From Myxococcota bacterium (GTDB taxonomy: Bacteria > Myxococcota_A > UBA796 > GCA-2862545): 43,489 nucleotides of DNA. A model generated the notes under the pieces. It made no database searches and was not told where the DNA came from. It worked only from the letters and a program-made list of their open reading frames with translations. The position numbers and the translations under genes are program-made. Of the stretch, positions 28,856-38,100 are shown piece after piece. Each line of letters begins with the position of its first letter. Positions within the stretch are counted from its first letter, which is position 1. Where the stretch lies: NCBI GenBank assembly GCA_040080105.1, contig JBEBJC010000001.1, positions 1-43,489 on the forward strand, read 5' to 3'.

Positions 28856-30515
28856 CGAGCACCCGGTGGTGCGGGACTTCCGCGAGGCGCTGGCGCTCGG
28901 CCTGGCGCGCGGGGGCTCCCTGTTGACCGCCGGCGAGCGCTCGGTGGCCGGGGTGATGCTCGGCCTGACCGGCCCGCCGGCGGTGTTGTACGCGCGCCTC
29001 ACCGGGCGGGTCCGGCACGCGTTCCGATTGCCCGGCCTGGTGGTGCTGGGCGTGGAGGACCTCCCGTCGGCGTGCGCCGCGCTGGTCGAGGTGGGGCTAG
29101 CCGACCCGGTGGTGTCGAGCGCCACCCGCGCCGCGTGCTCGACCCGCGAGCAGCTGGTCCGCGCGTGCCGCGCGCTCGGGCTGCCGGTCTCCGGGCGCAA
29201 GCACGAGCTGGCGCAGCGACTCGCCGCGGTCCCGCGGTGGGATCGCGACCCGTGGCTGCGGATCCGCCACCGAGCCCTGATCCGCCGGCTCGAGCGGTGG
29301 GCGATGCTCGACGCGTGGCCCGATCGCGGCGCGGTGGTCGCCGCGCGGATCGGGGTGGCCCGGTGGCCGACGTACGAGCCGACCCCCGGCGTCGCCCTGT
29401 TCCCGCACCGGAGGGCGATGTGCGCGTGGGAGGCGCTGGCCGACGGCCCGTTCGACCCGACGACCGCGCTCGCCGGCCTCGGCGCCGGGGCCGCCGCGGG
29501 TCCCGGCCGGATGGACCTTCGCCGCAGGCTGGTCGGTGGGCTGCTCGAACACGCCCGGGCGCTCGAGCGCGGCGCGCCGGACCAGGCCGCGGCGCTGTAC
29601 CGCGCGACGTCTGCCCACGTCCGGTTGGGTGCGGTCGCGGTGCGGTGGGCCAGGGCCGAGGAGCGCGCCGGCCGGCCGGCCGAGGCGCTGGAGGTGCTGC
29701 GGGCCGCGCGCCGCTCCGCCGACGTCCGCCCGTCCGAACACGTCGCGGTGGGCCGCGCAGGCCGCCGGCTCGGGCGGACGCTCCGCGCCGGGCTCCCCCC
29801 TGCCCCGCCGCTCGAGCTGCCGCGCCGGCGGACGGTCCCGCTCGCTCCTGCCCCGCCCCGCGACGGCCGTCCCCGGTGGGACGGCGGCGACGGCGCCCAG
29901 CCGGTCGAGCGCGCGGTGATCGCGCGGCTCGCGGCCGAGGGCCGGACCGCGGTGAGGGCCGAGGCAGCGCCGTGGTCGACGCTGTTCTCGCTGCTGTTCG
30001 CCGAGCTGTACTTCCTGCCGGTGCACGGCGCGCTGCCGATGCCGCTGCTGAGCGGGCCCCTCGATCTCGGCTCGCCGCGGTTCCGCGCGGCGCGGCGCGA
30101 CGCCTGTGAGGCGCTGTGGGATTCGATCGAGCGGGGCGAGGCCCCTGCGCGCGTGCGCGACGCCGACGCACGGTGGCGCGGGGTCCGCCTGGCGGGCGCG
30201 CGGTGGGACACGTGTGACGCACAGCTGCTGGAGACCCTCGCGGCCTCCCTCGGCCCGCACGGGCTCCGCGCGGTGCTCGAGCCGATGTCGGAGCACGGGC
30301 CGCGGGCGGCGGCGGGGATGCCGGATCTGGTGGTGCTCCCGGGCCCGGAGATCCGGCTCACCGACGCGCACCCCACCCGGGTGGCCGCGTCGATCGTGCT
30401 GGTCGAGGTGAAGGGACCCGGCGACTCCGTCCGGGACGAGCAGCTCGTGTGGCACGATCGCCTGACCCGGGCCGGGGTGCCGATCGAAGTCTGGGAGATC
30501 GTGGCCCGGCGGTGA
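28827..30515 (+). CDS. FAN1-like structure-specific nuclease (SAP - helical/TPR-like - VRR-NUC)
   Basis: The C-terminus GMPDLVV...LVEVKGPGDSVRDEQLVWHDRL...GVPIEVWEI closely parallels the FAN1 VRR-NUC PD-(D/E)xK site (PDLVV...LVEVKGPND). SAP-like motif REQLVRACRALGLPVSGRKHELAQRLA. The start is uncertain: GTG 28827 overlaps the upstream gene, and GTG 28866 or 28869 are alternatives. Confidence 0.85.
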   Translation: MHPGESSAPDEHPVVRDFREALALGLARGGSLLTAGERSVAGVMLGLTGPPAVLYARLTGRVRHAFRLPGLVVLGVEDLPSACAALVEVGLADPVVSSATRAACSTREQLVRACRALGLPVSGRKHELAQRLAAVPRWDRDPWLRIRHRALIRRLERWAMLDAWPDRGAVVAARIGVARWPTYEPTPGVALFPHRRAMCAWEALADGPFDPTTALAGLGAGAAAGPGRMDLRRRLVGGLLEHARALERGAPDQAAALYRATSAHVRLGAVAVRWARAEERAGRPAEALEVLRAARRSADVRPSEHVAVGRAGRRLGRTLRAGLPPAPPLELPRRRTVPLAPAPPRDGRPRWDGGDGAQPVERAVIARLAAEGRTAVRAEAAPWSTLFSLLFAELYFLPVHGALPMPLLSGPLDLGSPRFRAARRDACEALWDSIERGEAPARVRDADARWRGVRLAGARWDTCDAQLLETLAASLGPHGLRAVLEPMSEHGPRAAAGMPDLVVLPGPEIRLTDAHPTRVAASIVLVEVKGPGDSVRDEQLVWHDRLTRAGVPIEVWEIVARR

Positions 30516-30548
30516 GTCGACCCACCGCCGAATGCGCTGGACTGGTAT

Positions 30549-30569
30549 CGGGACGTGGTCCCGTATACT
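30549..30569 (+). promoter_or_regulatory. Inverted repeat CGGGAC-GTG-GTCCCG abutting a TATACT -10-like hexamer upstream of tolQ
   Basis: Read directly from the sequence, 24 nt upstream of the tolQ start. No good -35 is seen. Confidence 0.3.
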
Positions 30570-30592
30570 AGCGGCGCTCGGAGGGAACCGTC

Positions 30593-31297
30593 GTGGATGG
30601 AGCTGTTGAGGTGTACCTCGCCGCCACGGCCGCGAGCGGCCACCTGTCGGTGGGCAGCATCGTCGCCGACGTGATCGTCGTGCTCGCCCTGATCCTGTTG
30701 GTGGGGATGAGCCTCGTGTCCTGGGCGATCATCTTCCAGAAGTTCTTGCGGGTGCGCTCCGCGTCGCGCCAGTCGGCCCGGTTCCTCGACCTGTTCTGGG
30801 CGAGCAAGCGGCTCGACGCGGTCTACGAAAAGTGCGGTTCGTACCGAGGTTCTCCCGTCGCAGAGGTGTTCCGCGCCGGGTACCAGGAGCTCGCGAAGAT
30901 CACCGCCGCCGGCGGCGGGGAAGGCAAGCGGGCCGACGCGACCGAGAACCTCGAGCGCACGTTGCGCCGCGCCACCTCGGTCGAGTCCACCAACCTGGAG
31001 CGGTACGTCACGTTCCTCGGCACGACCGGCTCGACCGCCCCGTTCATCGGGCTGTTCGGCACGGTGGTGGGCATCCTGTCGGCGTTCAACAAGCTCGGCC
31101 AAGGGGGCGCCGCCACGATCGACGTGGTCGGCCCCGACATCGCGTTCGCGCTCATCGCCACCGCGGTCGGGCTGGCCGCCGCGATCCCGGCGGTGATCGC
31201 GTACAACTACTTCAACAGCGGCATCCGGGTGCTGAACACCGAGATGGACAACTTCTCGGCCGACTTCCTCAACATCGTGAAGCGGCACCTGCACTGA
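30593..31297 (+). CDS. tolQ: Tol-Pal system proton-channel protein TolQ (MotA/TolQ/ExbB family)
   Basis: Three TM segments, signature TAPFIGLFGTVVGI and PAVIAYNYF. GGAGGG RBS; ATG 30596 is an alternative start. Confidence 0.9.
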   Translation: MDGAVEVYLAATAASGHLSVGSIVADVIVVLALILLVGMSLVSWAIIFQKFLRVRSASRQSARFLDLFWASKRLDAVYEKCGSYRGSPVAEVFRAGYQELAKITAAGGGEGKRADATENLERTLRRATSVESTNLERYVTFLGTTGSTAPFIGLFGTVVGILSAFNKLGQGGAATIDVVGPDIAFALIATAVGLAAAIPAVIAYNYFNSGIRVLNTEMDNFSADFLNIVKRHLH

Positions 31298-31307
31298 GGA
31301 CCCGTCG

Positions 31308-31745
31308 ATGGCGATGAGCAGCGGAAATCAGCCGGGCGGCACGATGGCCGACATCAACGTCACGCCGCTCGTCGACGTGATGCTGGTGCTGGTGATCATC
31401 TTCATGATCACGGCCCCGATGCTGAACAACTCGGGCGTGCAGATCGACCTTCCGAAGGCCGAGACGCCGCCGCTCGACATGAGCGACGAGCAGCAGCTGA
31501 TCTTGTCGATGGACCAGGACCGGAACGTGTTCATCAACGACGACACGACCGCGTTCACCCTGGAGGAGCTGCCCGGGCGCCTGCGCGCGATCGCCGAGGC
31601 CAACCCCGAGCGGCCGGTGTTCTTGCGCGCCGACGGCGACCTGCCGTACCGCGAGGTGGTGCACCTGCTGGAGGTGGCGAAGGACGCCGGAATGCCGCGG
31701 GTGGGCCTCGTGTTCGATCCGGCGAAGGGGTCCGCGCAGGAATGA
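31308..31745 (+). CDS. tolR: TolR (ExbD/TolR family)
   Basis: INVTPLVDVMLVLVIIFMITAP with the conserved Asp in the TM segment. The periplasmic domain has RADGDLPYREVVHLLEVAKDAG. Confidence 0.9.
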   Translation: MAMSSGNQPGGTMADINVTPLVDVMLVLVIIFMITAPMLNNSGVQIDLPKAETPPLDMSDEQQLILSMDQDRNVFINDDTTAFTLEELPGRLRAIAEANPERPVFLRADGDLPYREVVHLLEVAKDAGMPRVGLVFDPAKGSAQE

Positions 31746-32551
31746 ACCTCCCAGGACCGGCCCTGTCTCCGAGCGAGCTCCGCACGGCCTTGTCCCCGGA
31801 CCGGCAGCCGTTGGTCGGCTACGTCGGCTGTTCGGTGCTGATCCATCTCACGATGCTCGGGATCGGGGCGGCGTCACCGCTGTTCGTGTTGATCGCGGCG
31901 CTGTTCCCGTCGTGTCGCGACGAGCCACCGCTCGAGACCATCGAGGTGTCGATGGTGTCGCTGCCGAAGTCGGACAAGAGCGTCCCCGACCGCGCGGCGC
32001 GGGTGCGGGCCGAGGCAGGCACCGTGGCCGACACCCCCCCGCCGGTGAAGGAGTCGGACCTGGTGGTGCACCAGGACGTGCCCGATCCGGATCCGGGCAA
32101 CACCGAGGAGGACCGGCGCAAGGCCCTGCTGGAGGAGATCGAGCGCCGTCGGCTGTTGGCCGAGCTCGAGAACGCCCCCGACGGCACGCGCGACCGCGAC
32201 CCCTCCGACCCGAACGGCACCGCGAAGAGCCTGGAAGACGCCGTGCTCGGCGCGCAGGCCCAGGGAGACCCGGAGTTCGCGCGCTGGATGAAGCAGGTGC
32301 AGGACCTGCTGCAGAGCAAGTTCCATCCCCTCGGCACGGCCAGCGGCATCGACTGCGTCGTCACGATTCGGATGGACGTGACCTCCGGCGCGGTCGACTC
32401 GTACGAGGTGACCCGCGGCTCGGGCGCGCTGGCGTTCGACTCGGCCGCCGAGCGCGCGGTCGCCGACACGCCGAAGCTCCCGTTGCCCCCGGAGAAGTTC
32501 CGGTCGATCGTCGAGCGGGGCGGCGTCCCCGTGCGGTTCTCTCCTCCCTAG
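31742..32551 (+). CDS. TolA-like / TonB-C-terminal-domain protein
   Basis: ATGA overlap with tolR. The TM segment carries an SxxxH motif (CSVLIHL), followed by a charged Glu/Asp/Arg-rich linker and a TonB_C-like C-terminal domain. Position between tolR and tolB. Confidence 0.7.
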   Translation: MNLPGPALSPSELRTALSPDRQPLVGYVGCSVLIHLTMLGIGAASPLFVLIAALFPSCRDEPPLETIEVSMVSLPKSDKSVPDRAARVRAEAGTVADTPPPVKESDLVVHQDVPDPDPGNTEEDRRKALLEEIERRRLLAELENAPDGTRDRDPSDPNGTAKSLEDAVLGAQAQGDPEFARWMKQVQDLLQSKFHPLGTASGIDCVVTIRMDVTSGAVDSYEVTRGSGALAFDSAAERAVADTPKLPLPPEKFRSIVERGGVPVRFSPP

Positions 32552-32573
32552 TCCCCAGGACCACAGGATCCCG

Positions 32574-33941
32574 ATGGAACTCCCCTTCGTTTCGTCTCTG
32601 CCGCACCTCCGTGGCGGGCTGATCCACCTCCTCCGGCTGGCCGTGGTCGTGTGCGCGGCCGGCCTGGCCGCGGCAGACGCCTCGGCCCAAGCGTTCATGA
32701 TCGACGTCCGCCCCGGCGCCGGCGACGTGCCGCTCGCGCTCCCGCTGCCGGTCAGCGCGGCGCCCGGCGCCGAAGCCCTCGGCAACGACGTGTGGGACGC
32801 CGTGTGGACCGATCTGTCGATGTCCGGCTACTACGCGATGCAGGATCCCAAGGGGTACGTCGAGAAGGGCAAGGGCGTGGAGCCCACCCAGTTCGACTTC
32901 GCCACCTGGAACCTCACCAAGACCGTCGTGCTGGTGAAGATCCGCGTGTGGCCGAAGGGCAACCCCACCTGTGACGCGTCCGGCGCGAAGATCTGCGCCG
33001 ACGCGTACGTGTACAACGTGCCGAGCGGCGCCAAGCTCGTGTCGAAGCGGTTCAAGACCGCGGCCGAGTCCCCGCGGTACCTCGGCCACGCGATCGCGAA
33101 CCAGGTGGTGCTCGCGACCACCGGCACTCCCGGGATCTTCGGCACCCGCCTCGTGGCGGTGAGCTCGAAGTCGGGCAACAAGGAGATCATGGTGATCGGC
33201 CTCGACGGCCAGGGCGTCGAGGCGGTGACCCGCAACGGGGCGATCAACCTGTCCCCTGCTTGGTCACCGGACGGCCGCTCGATCGCGTACACCTCGTACA
33301 AGAAGGCGAACCCCGACCTGTACGTCAAGGACCTGCCGTCGGGGCGCACCCGGACGATCTCGAACGTCAAGGGCGTCAACACCTCGCCCGAGTTCTCGCC
33401 CGAGGGCAACGTGGTCGCGCTCGCCCGATCGATCGAGGGGGAGTCCGAGATCTTCCTCATCGACGCGCGGACCGGCAGCCAGATCCGCCAGCTCACGACC
33501 GGCGGTGGGATCGACGTGTCGCCGGACTTCTCCCCAGACGGCAAGGTCCTGGCGTTCGCGTCGGAGCGGGTCGGGGGGAGCCAGGTGTACACCATCCCCG
33601 TGGGCGGCGGGGCGGCCACCCGGGTCACGTTCGTCGGCGACTTCAACATCGACCCGGTCATCTCGCCGGACGGGCGGAAGATCGCGTTCGTCGGACGCTC
33701 CGAAGGCGGGTTCGACATCTACGTCGCGGACATCGACGGCCGCAACGTGGTGCGGCTGACCCAGGACATGGCCGACAACGAGGACCCCACCTGGTCGCCC
33801 GACAGCAAGTACGTGGTGTTCAGCTCGACCCGCACCGGCCGGAGCGAGCTGTGGATCAGCACCGCCGACGGCCGGTCGCAGACCCGGATCACCAACTCCG
33901 GCGGGTGGACCCAGCCCTCCTGGGCCCCCGGGATGCCGTGA
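32574..33941 (+). CDS. tolB: TolB periplasmic beta-propeller protein
   Basis: Repeated PD40/WD40-like blades (SPAWSPDGRSIAYTS, SPEFSPEGNVVAL, SPDFSPDGKVLAF, PVISPDGRKIAF, PTWSPDSKYVVF) follow an N-terminal TolB domain and signal peptide. Confidence 0.92.
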   Translation: MELPFVSSLPHLRGGLIHLLRLAVVVCAAGLAAADASAQAFMIDVRPGAGDVPLALPLPVSAAPGAEALGNDVWDAVWTDLSMSGYYAMQDPKGYVEKGKGVEPTQFDFATWNLTKTVVLVKIRVWPKGNPTCDASGAKICADAYVYNVPSGAKLVSKRFKTAAESPRYLGHAIANQVVLATTGTPGIFGTRLVAVSSKSGNKEIMVIGLDGQGVEAVTRNGAINLSPAWSPDGRSIAYTSYKKANPDLYVKDLPSGRTRTISNVKGVNTSPEFSPEGNVVALARSIEGESEIFLIDARTGSQIRQLTTGGGIDVSPDFSPDGKVLAFASERVGGSQVYTIPVGGGAATRVTFVGDFNIDPVISPDGRKIAFVGRSEGGFDIYVADIDGRNVVRLTQDMADNEDPTWSPDSKYVVFSSTRTGRSELWISTADGRSQTRITNSGGWTQPSWAPGMP

Positions 33942-34855
33942 ACCGAGCGGCGATCGACATCGGCAGCAACTCGCTGCTGCTCACGGTGGTGGCGCCCGAC
34001 GGTCGGATCTTGCACGACGAGGCCCAGGTGGTGGGACTCGGCAAGGGGCTCGGTGACCGGGGGATGTTCCGCACCGATCGGATGGAGGCCGCCGAAGCCG
34101 TGTTGGCCGCGTACGTCCACACCGCCGGCGCGCTCGGCGTGGATCCCCGCCACATCAAGGCGGTCGCCACCAGCGGGGCGCGGCGCGCGATGAACGCCGA
34201 GACCTGGTTCGAGCGGGTCCGACACCGGATCGGGCTACAGATCGTCACCGTGTCGGGCGATGAGGAGGCCCGGCTGACCTGGCTCGGCGCGCAGCGAGAT
34301 CTGTCGCTGCCCCCCGAGGTGATTCGCCTGGTGGTCGACCTGGGCGGGGGATCGACCGAGCTCGCCCTCGGCACCGGCTCGTCCGCCGCGGGACGGGTGT
34401 CGCTCGAGCTCGGCACCGTCCGGCTGACCGAGGCGCACCTGTGTGGGGGACCCGGGGCGGCGGGCGTGCCCGACCGGTACGACCCCACGGGGCGGGAGGC
34501 GCTGGAGGACGAGGTGGATCGCGCGCTGACCCGGGCGCCGCTCACGCCCCGCCCGTCGGTGGTGATCGGGGTGGCCGGGACCGCCACCACGCTGGCCGCG
34601 ATGCACCTCGGGCTCGAGCGATACGACGGCGCGGCGGTACACGGGGCGCAAGTACCCCGCCGTGCGCTGCAGCAGGCGGCGGACGCCCTGTTCGGGGCGA
34701 CCTCGCGCGAGCGCGCTTCGATCGCCCGGGTGTCCCCCGAGCGGGCCGACTTCCTCGCGGCGGGCGCGGTCGTGCTCGAGCGGGTGCTCGGGGCTGCCGG
34801 GGTCGACACGCTCACCGTGAGCGACCGCGGGCTGCGGTTCGCGCTGGTGGGCTGA
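33938..34855 (+). CDS. Ppx/GppA-family phosphatase (short, two-domain form)
   Basis: GTG start overlapping the tolB stop (GTGA). Actin-like ATPase motifs AAIDIGSNSLLL and DLGGGSTEL. 305 aa. Confidence 0.85.
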   Translation: MNRAAIDIGSNSLLLTVVAPDGRILHDEAQVVGLGKGLGDRGMFRTDRMEAAEAVLAAYVHTAGALGVDPRHIKAVATSGARRAMNAETWFERVRHRIGLQIVTVSGDEEARLTWLGAQRDLSLPPEVIRLVVDLGGGSTELALGTGSSAAGRVSLELGTVRLTEAHLCGGPGAAGVPDRYDPTGREALEDEVDRALTRAPLTPRPSVVIGVAGTATTLAAMHLGLERYDGAAVHGAQVPRRALQQAADALFGATSRERASIARVSPERADFLAAGAVVLERVLGAAGVDTLTVSDRGLRFALVG

Positions 34856-34915
34856 CTCCGGTTCCTGTCGGCGGACTTGCCGGGCGTCGCGGACGCGTTA
34901 GCAGACACACGCTGG

Positions 34916-34988
34916 GCGGGCGTAGCTCAGCTGGTAGAGTACGAGCTTCCCAAGCTCGGTGTCGCGGGTTCGAATCCCGTCGCCCGCT
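34916..34988 (+). tRNA. tRNA-Gly (anticodon CCC)
   Basis: The cloverleaf folds by hand: acceptor GCGGGCG/CGCCCGC, D arm GCTC-AGCTGGTA-GAGT, anticodon arm CGAGC-TTCCCAA-GCTCG, variable loop GTGTC, T arm GCGGG-TTCGAAT-CCCGT, discriminator T. CCA is not encoded. It is close to E. coli tRNA-Gly(CCC). Confidence 0.93.
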
Positions 34989-35197
34989 CATCCTCCCCTC
35001 GTTCGCGCCCCGATCGCCCCTGCCCCAATGGGACTTCCCCGCGCGCAGGTGGCCGATCCGATCGGCCGGCACCCAGTCTCCGCCCAACCGCGGCGGTCCA
35101 CTGGCTCGAACGTCACGAGTATGCGACCGTAAGGGACTGAGCCCGCCCGAACGGGTGGACCGGATTACAGGATCGTGGGCCCCTGCCCCGACCGAGA

Positions 35198-38100
35198 GTG
35201 ATGGTCAAAGAAGCCCCCAAGTCCAAGGCCCCGCCCGCGGTGTTGCCGGCCACGCCGGCACCGGCGGAGCCGCGCTCGCCGCGACGTCGGCCGGTGAAGG
35301 TGGTGGGGCGGCTGTTCCGTCGGGTCGCGCAGGTGCTGCTGCTGTCGGTGGTGGTGCTGGTCGCGCTCGCGGTCGGGTGGCTGCGCAGCGACGACTTCCA
35401 GATCCGGGCGATGGGGGTCGCCGAGAACCTGATCGAGACCGCCCTCGGTGAAGAGGCCACCCTCACCCGGGTGAGCGTGCAGTTCTGGCCTCCGGGCGTC
35501 GACGTCGAGGGGTTCCACGTGTTCTCGGCCGAGACCGGGGAGACGCTGCTGTCGGCCGAACAGATCCAGGTGCCGCTCGCGATCGGGTGGACCGGGCCGC
35601 GGGTCGGCCAGATCACGCTGCGCGGGCCCACGATCCACCTGCAGCTCGACGAGCGCGGGAAGCTGGTCGAGTTCGAGAACCGCCGCACCGGGGGGCGCCC
35701 GCTCCGGCGGCTGCCGTGGTCGAGCCTGCGGGTGCTCGACGGCACGGTCCTGCTCACCCACCCCAACGCCACCGTCGAGCTGTCCGGCCTGGCGCTCCAG
35801 CCGCGCCACCCGTGGGACCCCACCACCGACCTGTCCGCGGCGCTGAACATCGAGGTGCGCGACCCGAACAGCGACCGCACGTTCACCGACTCGGCCCAGA
35901 TCTCGTGGTCGGGCGTGGTGCTCGGGCCCGACGTGATCGAGGTGCCGGACCTCGCGATCGCGACCCGCACCCTCGACCTGACCGGCCGCGCCACCGTCCC
36001 CCTGCGCGGCGCGCTCGACGTGGACCTGTCGGCGCGCGCGCGGCTCGACGAGATCGAGTCGATCCTCGCGCCCCCGCGCAAGGTGCACGGGGTGGTCGAT
36101 CTCGACCTGCACCTCGGCGGACCTGCGTCCGATCCGGTCGCCACGGTGGCGGTGTCCGGCGAGGGCCTCGGGCTCGACATGCCCGGCGTGTTCACCCCGC
36201 TGTTGACCTACGAGTTCGGCGCGATGTCCGGCTCCGCCGTCGCGTCGAAGGCGGGCGTCGACATCGAGCAGGTCGTGTTGCCGTGGGCCAACGGCCGCGT
36301 GGTGGCGTGGGGGCGGATCACCCCGGACAAGCGGCTCGAGGACGGCCACGTCACCCTGGAGGACGTGTCGCTCGCGCCGCTGCTGCAGGCGTTCGACGGC
36401 GCGCCCCACCCGTGGATCGACTTCTCCGCCGACGGTGAGATCGCCTGGTCGGGCACGCTGGCCCCGCTCGATCTCCAGGGCACGCTCGACTTCGGGGTCG
36501 CGGACCTCGAGGTCGCGAACCAGCCGATCGCGAACCTCGCCGGGCGCACCGGCGCGAGCCGCCGCGCCGACCTGATGCTCGAGATCCCGACCGCGTACGC
36601 ACAAGGCTCGCTGCGGCTCGAGAAGACCCACATCCTGCTCGAGCTGCCCACGGTGCGCGGACCGAACAACTCCGGCACCGCGTCGATCGACATCGGGTTC
36701 GGCCCGCGCGGGCCGCTCGACCTGAGCTTCGACCTGGTCGAGGCCGACCTCTCCACGTTCCAGCCGCTCGGCGAGGTCGGCCTGAAGGGAACGGGCAACG
36801 TGTACGGGCGGATCGCGGGGCCGTTCAACAAGCTGCAGTTCGTCGGTCGCGGAGACGTGCGCGACTTCGAGGTCCTGGGGATCGAGTACGCCGACCACCT
36901 CGTGGCCGACCTGTCGTCGCCGAACATGAAGTCGATCTGGCTCGACGGCGCCGACGCGACGCTCGGATCGTCGCACTACACGGGGCGGTACTCGATCGAC
37001 TTCCGCCCGCCGATCTCGATGTCGACCGAGATCCGGATCGACCACGGCCGGGTCGAGGACATGGTGAACATGTTCGTCGACCTCGACGGCCTGCGCGGCG
37101 ACCTCACCGGCACGCTCGCGCTCGACGGGCCGCTGATGGACATGTCGGGCGAGGCCCACCTCGACCTGCGGAACTCCGAGATCTACGGGGAGACGTTCCC
37201 CGTCGGTGAGGCCCACGGGTACATGGACCAGGGCGTGTTCACCCTCGACGATCTGCGGGTGCGCCGCGACGAGGGCCGGGCCGGCGTGACCCTGCGCGGC
37301 AAGGTCGACCGGGCGTGGAAGCTCGACATGGAGCTCGTGGCCGACGGGTTCGACCTGGCGAAGCTCGACCGGCTCGAACCGTACGATCTGAACATCTCGG
37401 GCAAGCTCGGCGGGGTGTCGCGGATCACGAACACCCTGTTCGATCCGAGCCCGGACGGGCGGATCTGGCTCACCGACCTGCGGTACGCCGGGGTTTCGGC
37501 CGGCGACTCGGCGATCAAGTTCGACACCGAGGGCGGCGTGGCGGCGTTCCGCGGCGACGTGTTCGGCAAGGCGGCGCACGTCGACGGGACCCTTGGGCTG
37601 TGGCAGGAGCAGCCCTACGCGCTCACCGCCCGGCTCGACGCTCTGCCGGCGCACCTGTTCTACCCGGTGGCCGCCGACGGCAGCCCGATCACCGCCGAGG
37701 TCTCGGGCACGGTCGACGTGTCGGGCGACCTCGGAGCCGAGTGGTCTCCCGTGGCGATCGCGGCGAACCTCGCCGACGTTCAGCTGCGCTACCAGAAGCA
37801 CCACCTGAAGAACGAGACCCCGTGGATCTGGTCGCAGGAGGGCAACCGGTTCGAGCTGCAGGACATCAACCTGTCCGGCGGGTCCACCCGGCTCGCGCTC
37901 ACCGGCACCGGCGTCGACCCGCTCGACCTGCAGGGTGGCGGCACCGTCGATCTCGACCTGCTGCGGGCGGTCGTGCCGGGGCTCGACAAGTCGACCGGCA
38001 CCGCCGAGGTGAAGGTGTACGCCTCGGGGTCGCGGCCGAACGTGGAGGCGGTGGTCGACGTGGACGTTCGGTCGGAGCTGTTCCGGCACTCGGCCGCGCC

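Noticed and set aside
34916-35197. tRNA-Gly as a possible integration hotspot / island boundary, and the 17-nt palindrome GGCCGATCCGATCGGCC (35051-35067)
   Set aside because: There is no integrase, no duplicated tRNA 3' segment and no compositional shift. The flanking genes are core envelope genes. The palindrome lacks a U-tract and has no clear role.
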